DNA from: a virus
Length of the DNA: 64,000 nt
Virus record (IMG/VR): IMGVR_UViG_3300031951_000014
Strand: one strand, 5' to 3'
The position numbers and the translations under genes were made by a program. Below, piece by piece: positions 57,858 to 64,000 of the stretch (the first letter of the stretch is position 1; each line of letters begins with the position of its first letter). The notes under the pieces were generated by a model. That model did not search any database. It saw only the letters and a list, made by a program, of their open reading frames with translations, and was not told the origin of the DNA.

Positions 57858-59225
57858 TCAAACTGAAGAAGTAATCTCTAATATTTTAGCGTCAAGGTGT
57901 TTAGTAAAAGCGTCAGTTTGATAAGATTTTTTAGTAAAAAAAGAATAATTATTTGTTGGTTTTAACCTATAAGAATGAAGTCTACGATCAGCAATATCAT
58001 AAGCGTGTTTTAAAGTAGAATTAAAATTATTTAACTTAGGAGCCATAAATGAATGGAATTGAGTAGACTGAAGTATTGACTGAATATCGTGCTCTCTAGA
58101 CTCGGCTTGTTCTTCATCTTCTACTTCATCTTCAGAAATTAAATCAATATTATTATCTTCAATATATTGGTTAAAATCTTGAGAAAAATGATTACTCAAA
58201 TAAAGCTCTATTGATTGATAATAGAAATCAGAATATATACAAAATGCAATCCAGTCAAGATCAAGAACATTTTCTAATGGTACATTTTGCCAAAGTGTAA
58301 ACATAGCATCAACGCTATGAACTTGAGCATTTGTGTGTGGAGCAGAGCCGTGAAAATATGGAACTAAAGATTCATAAGTTTTACGATCAACAAAAGGCTG
58401 CATTGATTCATAAAATCTTGAATGTAAGTACTGTGAAATTGGCTCTGTTATATCCCAATTAAAACCAGTGTTCCAAACCCAATCAAAAGCAGAAGAAATA
58501 ATTCCTGATATGGTTTTTGGATATTTTTCAACATCTTCTAAAGATTCAAAGAATGGACGACATAAAAGACCACTGCCATAAAAGTTTAAAAGCGGTGGAG
58601 AATATAGTTTTTGATCCATCGAATAAAGAGATGTTTTAGAAAAATACATTTGAACATCAACTAATTTCATATCATTTGAAAATGTAGCTACATACACTTG
58701 CCAAGGAACAGGAATATAATATTTCCTGTAAGATGTGCCGCTAGCATTATCCCTATAAGCATGCTGGTAAGAAACATGACGATAAGCTGGCGGCATTTCA
58801 AATATGATCATGTTGCTTTCAATGTGACGAACACCAGGAAAAATTATTGAATTAGAAATTTGTTCGTCTTTATCTTCACCAACATTAATATCAAAAGGAA
58901 TTTTAAATAACTTTTTCCAATGGTCTTGAATGTTATGAAAATTCTTATCTGCGTAATAAGCAGAATTATTTGTAGCCATACTTAAATAATAATTTGAATC
59001 AATAATATAATCTTCATAAGTAGAAAAACTGCTTTGAACAGCACTTGGTTCAATATGGCTTGTGTAATGTTCAAAATAAGCTTTTTTTTCTCCTAAATTA
59101 ATAAGAGGATTAATAAGAGGATTTCTAGATTTTACTTTCTTTCCTAATCCTTCTGCAAGTTTGGGAGACAAATCAGATATATAATTCTTAGACAAAATAG
59201 TTTGAATTATTTTAGACATAAACAC
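57858..59225 (-). CDS. Hypothetical protein, 455 aa
   Basis: Long ORF. Confidence 0.55.
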   Translation of the reverse strand: MFMSKIIQTILSKNYISDLSPKLAEGLGKKVKSRNPLINPLINLGEKKAYFEHYTSHIEPSAVQSSFSTYEDYIIDSNYYLSMATNNSAYYADKNFHNIQDHWKKLFKIPFDINVGEDKDEQISNSIIFPGVRHIESNMIIFEMPPAYRHVSYQHAYRDNASGTSYRKYYIPVPWQVYVATFSNDMKLVDVQMYFSKTSLYSMDQKLYSPPLLNFYGSGLLCRPFFESLEDVEKYPKTISGIISSAFDWVWNTGFNWDITEPISQYLHSRFYESMQPFVDRKTYESLVPYFHGSAPHTNAQVHSVDAMFTLWQNVPLENVLDLDWIAFCIYSDFYYQSIELYLSNHFSQDFNQYIEDNNIDLISEDEVEDEEQAESREHDIQSILQSTQFHSFMAPKLNNFNSTLKHAYDIADRRLHSYRLKPTNNYSFFTKKSYQTDAFTKHLDAKILEITSSV

Positions 59226-60552
59226 CTTCTAAAGGTTGAGCTATAAAATTCATATAATCATTATAATTAATGGTTATGTGAATAGAACCATAGGAGAAAA
59301 AATTAGTAAAACGAGAATAAAAATGATAAAAATCATCAGAGCTATTGAAGATAACGTGCTCTAATGTTGGGGTGTTTGACAATTCATTTAGAGCCTCATT
59401 TATCTTATCAAAAATAAAAGAATAAATGTATGCGTAAGTATCTTCTGAGATTATAATTGACTTGTTTGTATCTTCAGGAAAGTCTTTAAAAGCAACGATA
59501 ACAGGTACGTCAATTTTCTTACTTCGATGGGATGGTTGGATAGCATGCTTAAAAGCGCTCATATAGTTAGAATAATGACCAATGAAATCTCGTTCACTAA
59601 AATCAAAATTGTTGTCTTGAAAATTAAAAGTACAATTTTTTTGCATACGAAGGGTTATGATTTCAGAAAGAGCAACATACCTAACATGGTGAGTTTGAAA
59701 AACTGTAGTCTTAAAATAAGAAACAAGACTCATTGTTTCTTCATAGGTCATTGTACTGAGTAAGAAAAGTACATATATCCATGGTGTAGAAGCCGAACGA
59801 GCATTCCATGAAGAAAAATCTTCAATTCCTTTAGGATATTTTTTTAAAGATAAAACTCTTTCAATAAATTTGTTTTGATTAAAATAATTATAAAAAAGAG
59901 AGTAATAGTTTGGAGATATATCAGGATTCCACTGGGTAAAATAATCATTAAATAAATAATTATATACGTTTGAAATATTATATTTTATATCGCCTTGATC
60001 AATACGTTGTTTAAATGTAAACAAAGAATTACCGAAACAAACTCTAGCGTCACCAAACAAATTTGGAGTATAACCTTTAATAACACGGTCATCAAATGAC
60101 TCTAAAGGCTTATCATTAAAGAAAAGCATTGCGTTAAGTTCTTCAGGAGAATCTCCTAAAGAAACAACAAAAACAGTCCAAGGTATCCAAATTTTTTTAT
60201 TTGGTATATGATTTGCTAATCGAGCGTTTACTTTTTTATTAGGATAAAAATCTATATCAGTTTGAAAAGGTGGTCGTTCTATAACATAAATTTTATTTTT
60301 AATATCAGCATACCTAACAGCCATCGGAAGCAGATCAACATTATTTGAGTTTAAAGAACTTGAATACTCAAAAGAAGAATAGGATTTATGAAGAAAAGTT
60401 TTGTCAGCAGGATATAGCTGAAAATTGTAAGTGTAAGTGTTATCATTTATTGAATTACTAGATAAAGTTTTAGTAAAACAATTTAAATTGAACATAAAAG
60501 GATCAACCATAAGCGTGTGCATTGACTTACTAATATGGCTTATATTTTCCAT
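59212..60552 (-). CDS. Hypothetical protein, 446 aa, paralogue-like to 57858..59225
   Basis: Shared patterns (PxNKKIWIPWTVFVVSL / KYYIPVPWQVYVATFSN; KPLxxxFxDRV). Confidence 0.55.
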   Translation of the reverse strand: MENISHISKSMHTLMVDPFMFNLNCFTKTLSSNSINDNTYTYNFQLYPADKTFLHKSYSSFEYSSSLNSNNVDLLPMAVRYADIKNKIYVIERPPFQTDIDFYPNKKVNARLANHIPNKKIWIPWTVFVVSLGDSPEELNAMLFFNDKPLESFDDRVIKGYTPNLFGDARVCFGNSLFTFKQRIDQGDIKYNISNVYNYLFNDYFTQWNPDISPNYYSLFYNYFNQNKFIERVLSLKKYPKGIEDFSSWNARSASTPWIYVLFLLSTMTYEETMSLVSYFKTTVFQTHHVRYVALSEIITLRMQKNCTFNFQDNNFDFSERDFIGHYSNYMSAFKHAIQPSHRSKKIDVPVIVAFKDFPEDTNKSIIISEDTYAYIYSFIFDKINEALNELSNTPTLEHVIFNSSDDFYHFYSRFTNFFSYGSIHITINYNDYMNFIAQPLEGVYV

Positions 60553-60560
60553 AAAAATAC

Positions 60561-61169
60561 CTATTCAGTAGAAACTAAAGATAGAAGAAATGAATTCTCT
60601 TTTTGATTTTGTGGAACTGAAAAATCTTTTTCAATTACATTAAAAGCATAATCAGGAATAAAGGAAGAAACAGAATCATACGACTCAGACAAATGCTGTT
60701 TAAAAATTTCAATAGCCTTGTCGTCAATTAAATCATTTTCATAAGAAATTGTATAAATCTGAGTTATATTCTTGCGAGTTTTATTGTATATAAAATATGT
60801 ATAACCGTGTTGATTCCTAAGTTTAATTAAATCATAAACAATTTCAGAACCTACTGCATCAAATAAAGATGTAGTAGATATTTTATATACATCAGCACGA
60901 TAATAACTGCATGAAACTTGTACATTAGCATCTGGGCATGTCCATATCCTATTCATAGAAACTTGAGCAAGCCTGTCAGAAGAACTGCAACTGTTTTTAA
61001 TTGGGAGATTAGCAAAAGCATAATCTGAAGAAGCATACTCTATAGGATTCTTAGAACTTGTAAAGTGAGAGCAGTAAGGCATTGCGCCTTGTTTGGTATT
61101 TATATACTCCACTACAGGTAGATAATCTTGAATATAATTATCAATATCAAATATATTTATAGGTTTCAT
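60561..61169 (-). CDS. Hypothetical protein
   Basis: ORF. Confidence 0.5.
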   Translation of the reverse strand: MKPINIFDIDNYIQDYLPVVEYINTKQGAMPYCSHFTSSKNPIEYASSDYAFANLPIKNSCSSSDRLAQVSMNRIWTCPDANVQVSCSYYRADVYKISTTSLFDAVGSEIVYDLIKLRNQHGYTYFIYNKTRKNITQIYTISYENDLIDDKAIEIFKQHLSESYDSVSSFIPDYAFNVIEKDFSVPQNQKENSFLLSLVSTE

Positions 61170-61170
61170 G

Positions 61171-61896
61171 TTACCGCCAAGTAAGCTGAGTATTTATATA
61201 GTTTTGTTTTTGAAGAGTTAAAACTTTATCATTCAGTTCTTCAATAACTGCTTGCTGAGCAGCCATATAAGAAAAATAATATTGAATTTCTTCTTGCGTA
61301 AGAACAGCGTGATTTAAAGCAGAAGTTATAGAAGCTGGTTTGCGCGTTAAAGATAACTCATTAACAGCATATCTATAAACATCACTATTGTGAGAAACAA
61401 TAAACTGTTTATAATAATCTTCGGTTAAAGAAACAGGATGTTTAAACAAAGTAGCATAGCCTCTGCCAGCACCAACTCCCATAATCAAACCTTGATCGTT
61501 CATTGCAGAATAAATAGCATTTGCAAGAACTGGTGAAACTTTAAAAAACTCTCTAAAGAAAGAAGTTCTTGAAGCAGGATAAATCTTATAATCTAATGGA
61601 AGATTCAAGTCAGAAATAAACTGAGAACCTTCATTAACTTGCTCATCAGTCAAAGAATGAATAGTAGTTTGATCCCAGTTTTCAATATTACTTAACTGCT
61701 TGTTCTTTAACCAGTAGGCAGTAACTGAATTTAATTTAAATAACCGTTGATCAGGATTTGGTATAAGATTTAAATAGTATTGAGAAAATACATTATAATC
61801 CGTTAAAGCAGCCCGCATGGTAATAAAATCGTTAAGCATATTATAACTCCAATTCAAAAGCTTCAAAAAGTATTGTCTCATCTTTGATGAAATCAT
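61171..61896 (-). CDS. Hypothetical protein; two in-frame CGG codons apparently decoded as Arg
   Basis: ORF; ITMRAALTDYN, NPDQRLFKLN. Confidence 0.5.
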   Translation of the reverse strand: MISSKMRQYFLKLLNWSYNMLNDFITMRAALTDYNVFSQYYLNLIPNPDQRLFKLNSVTAYWLKNKQLSNIENWDQTTIHSLTDEQVNEGSQFISDLNLPLDYKIYPASRTSFFREFFKVSPVLANAIYSAMNDQGLIMGVGAGRGYATLFKHPVSLTEDYYKQFIVSHNSDVYRYAVNELSLTRKPASITSALNHAVLTQEEIQYYFSYMAAQQAVIEELNDKVLTLQKQNYINTQLTWR

Positions 61897-62036
61897 ACAA
61901 AGTTGAGGCAGTAACGTGTAAGGATAATAAATCAGAATACACCTGTCTTGCCAAAGGGTATATTTGGGAAAGATAGTATGTATTATTAATTAATGGAAGA
62001 TAATCTGGTTGAACTAATAATAAAGAAGAATTATTT

Positions 62037-62426
62037 TTAGTTGGAGTCAGATAACTTTTGATCAGCCAAGTTTGTAATGGCTGAGGCAAGGTCTTCGTTT
62101 TCTGGGCCCAGGATTCCAGGTGCGCCTTCTTTCATAGCTTGAAACATTTTTCTACGATTCTCAGAAACGTTTGCAGTAAACGCTTTTTGAGCTTCAGGAG
62201 AAGCAAAGTTTATTTGAGCAATTAAAGCTTCCATAAATACTGCTTGTTCGCCATAACCGACGATCATCTGAGCAAGTTGCTTTTCTAGCATTTCTATATG
62301 AGTTTCAGAGTCTTGCAAACGAGATTCAAATTTATTTGCTAAAGCTAGTATAAGTTCTTCAACGTGTTCACGAAGAAGACTTACTTCATCTTTGGGACCT
62401 AAAATAGAACTTATATCTTCGCTCAT
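62037..62426 (-). CDS. Hypothetical coiled-coil protein
   Basis: ORF. Confidence 0.5.
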   Translation of the reverse strand: MSEDISSILGPKDEVSLLREHVEELILALANKFESRLQDSETHIEMLEKQLAQMIVGYGEQAVFMEALIAQINFASPEAQKAFTANVSENRRKMFQAMKEGAPGILGPENEDLASAITNLADQKLSDSN

Positions 62427-63043
62427 ACATCATACCAATCTACATTGTTTGTAACATGTGATTGCAAGCAAAGATCAAGTAAATAAGAAATGCCAACCAT
62501 TTCTTGACGAGAAACTTTGATAGAATCAACTGAAATAGGTGATTTCATATCTGGAATAAAAGCACCGCTATCAGACTTACGAGCTTTAAAATGACCAGAC
62601 TTCCAAATAAAAGCAGTAGTGTCAAAAGCATCGTTAGAAGTCCAGTATTGAATCTTTAATATTCTACTAACTGGTTGATTATTAATAATAGCTCCACCAT
62701 AAGAAACAAAGCCCTCAGGAGTTGTTGTTCCTGTGCGTTCATTTGCTGGGTAGTTGATAGAAGCAGTGCCATTAACTACAGATTTTAAATAGGCAGCAAA
62801 GTCAACTGCATCAACAAAACAAGAAGTGCTACTTTCCAACTTTCCATCTGCTGATGTCTTGCCGATATCAATATTAAACTTCATACCAACAAACCATGGA
62901 CGAATTGAAAGAAAGCCGCTTTGCGTCTTAGAACGAAACCACTTCTTATAAAGTGGAGCATCATATTCTTTCTTTTCAGTCTGAGATGGATCCTGTGTTA
63001 AGTTCTCTAAAAACTCTTCGACAGAATTATCAAATGAAGACAT
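62423..63043 (-). CDS. Hypothetical protein
   Basis: ORF. Confidence 0.5.
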   Translation of the reverse strand: MSSFDNSVEEFLENLTQDPSQTEKKEYDAPLYKKWFRSKTQSGFLSIRPWFVGMKFNIDIGKTSADGKLESSTSCFVDAVDFAAYLKSVVNGTASINYPANERTGTTTPEGFVSYGGAIINNQPVSRILKIQYWTSNDAFDTTAFIWKSGHFKARKSDSGAFIPDMKSPISVDSIKVSRQEMVGISYLLDLCLQSHVTNNVDWYDV

Positions 63044-63054
63044 AGTTGTCCTTT

Positions 63055-63975
63055 CTATATTTTAACTTCCCAAGAATCAGTGTTTTGTACACGATTACCA
63101 AGTATATCATCAATGTCATTGAGTTGTAAAGTAGAAGCCCAATCCCATTGGTCATAAGCTAATCGATACAAATTCTTAATCATTTCTTTATCTTTATTCC
63201 AAAGAATATTTCTCATAGTTGGAACACGAGAAACAATATCCTCTGTTGTAACTGGTCTACGGAAAGTAGACACAACATCAAATTTTACATGCTTGATCAA
63301 AGATTTGATTTCTGCACCAGTAAAATACTTTGTAGCTCGAGCAATAATCTCATAATTAAAATCACCTTCAGGAAGATAAATTTTAATAATAGAAATTCGT
63401 TCTTCAAAAGCTGGCAATCCAACAAAGAATATCTTGTCGAAACGCTCTGCACGAAGCATTTCTGGACGAAGATTATCAAGCTGATTTGCAGCACACATCA
63501 AGAAAACATTATCTGGAAGTTCTTGCAAGCCAGTTAAGAATTCACCGTGAACACGATCTGTGGTGCCACCATCTACATGAGAAGAGCTAGCACCACCTGA
63601 AAGATCACGACCAAACTCGTCAATCCATACACAAAGTGGAGCCATTACTTTAATTTGCTGAAAGACTGCACGCATGTTTGCTTCTGATTGACCAACAAAA
63701 GAATTCATAACTTGGCTAACACCAGTTCTCGCAAGATCAAGATTTAAAGCGTTGGCAGTAGCCTCACAAATTGCAGACTTACCAGTACCTGGAACACCCA
63801 CAGTAAGTATTCTTCTAATTGGTGTTATGCCATAACGTTCGGCTTCTTGTGGGTTTTGCCAGAAAAATACATTGCGTTCAATTACTTGCTTGATATTATC
63901 AAGACCACCAATAGAATCAAATGTAATTTTCGGTTTAATAATCTCTAGGATGCCGTTCTTTTTGACATTAGCCAT
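63055..63975 (-). CDS. AAA+ ATPase (FtsH/Ycf46/proteasomal-ATPase-like core)
   Basis: FDSIGGLDNIKQVI...VGVPGTGKSAICEATANAL...CVWIDEFGRDL...RAERFDKIFFVGLP. Confidence 0.85.
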   Translation of the reverse strand: MANVKKNGILEIIKPKITFDSIGGLDNIKQVIERNVFFWQNPQEAERYGITPIRRILTVGVPGTGKSAICEATANALNLDLARTGVSQVMNSFVGQSEANMRAVFQQIKVMAPLCVWIDEFGRDLSGGASSSHVDGGTTDRVHGEFLTGLQELPDNVFLMCAANQLDNLRPEMLRAERFDKIFFVGLPAFEERISIIKIYLPEGDFNYEIIARATKYFTGAEIKSLIKHVKFDVVSTFRRPVTTEDIVSRVPTMRNILWNKDKEMIKNLYRLAYDQWDWASTLQLNDIDDILGNRVQNTDSWEVKI

Positions 63976-64000
63976 TTTAGATTTGTAAACATACTCAGGA

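Overview
The window is a 64 kb piece of a large, AT-rich tailed-phage genome. The left ~42 kb is mostly + strand: structural/baseplate-like genes, class II RNR, ThyX, DnaB-like helicase, AEP-type primase, DnaE polymerase, nucleases, sigma factor, RNase H, dNMP kinase, M15 endolysin, glycan genes and a giant secreted protein. The right ~21 kb is mostly - strand: several 2-oxoglutarate oxygenases, an acyl-CoA dehydrogenase, ferredoxin, proteasome-beta-like protein, UDG, SSB, AAA+ ATPase and three tRNAs. An actinobacterial host is an inference. Main observation: at least seven, probably eight, genes are split by the same type of +1 frameshift, each at an in-frame CGG codon. Skipping the C gives GGN = Gly and restores the conserved downstream frame. 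Examples are the GPLYFDLD motif of the primase, the SxHxxGxAxD motif of the M15 peptidase and the VVIGAGGH motif of a NeuD-like acyltransferase. By manual scan, in-frame CGG is extremely rare: about 13 in the window, 8 of them at frameshift sites. The window also encodes a tRNA-Gly whose anticodon loop is C-U-U-C-C-G-A, so U34-C35-C36-G37 is complementary to the quadruplet CGGN and charged with exactly the residue needed. I propose a phage-encoded C-GGN quadruplet-decoding (+1 frameshift suppressor) system that gates primase, nuclease, sigma, lysis and glycan genes. This is a hypothesis from sequence only. Five other in-frame CGG codons look to be read as ordinary Arg (one is ambiguous) and are reported.
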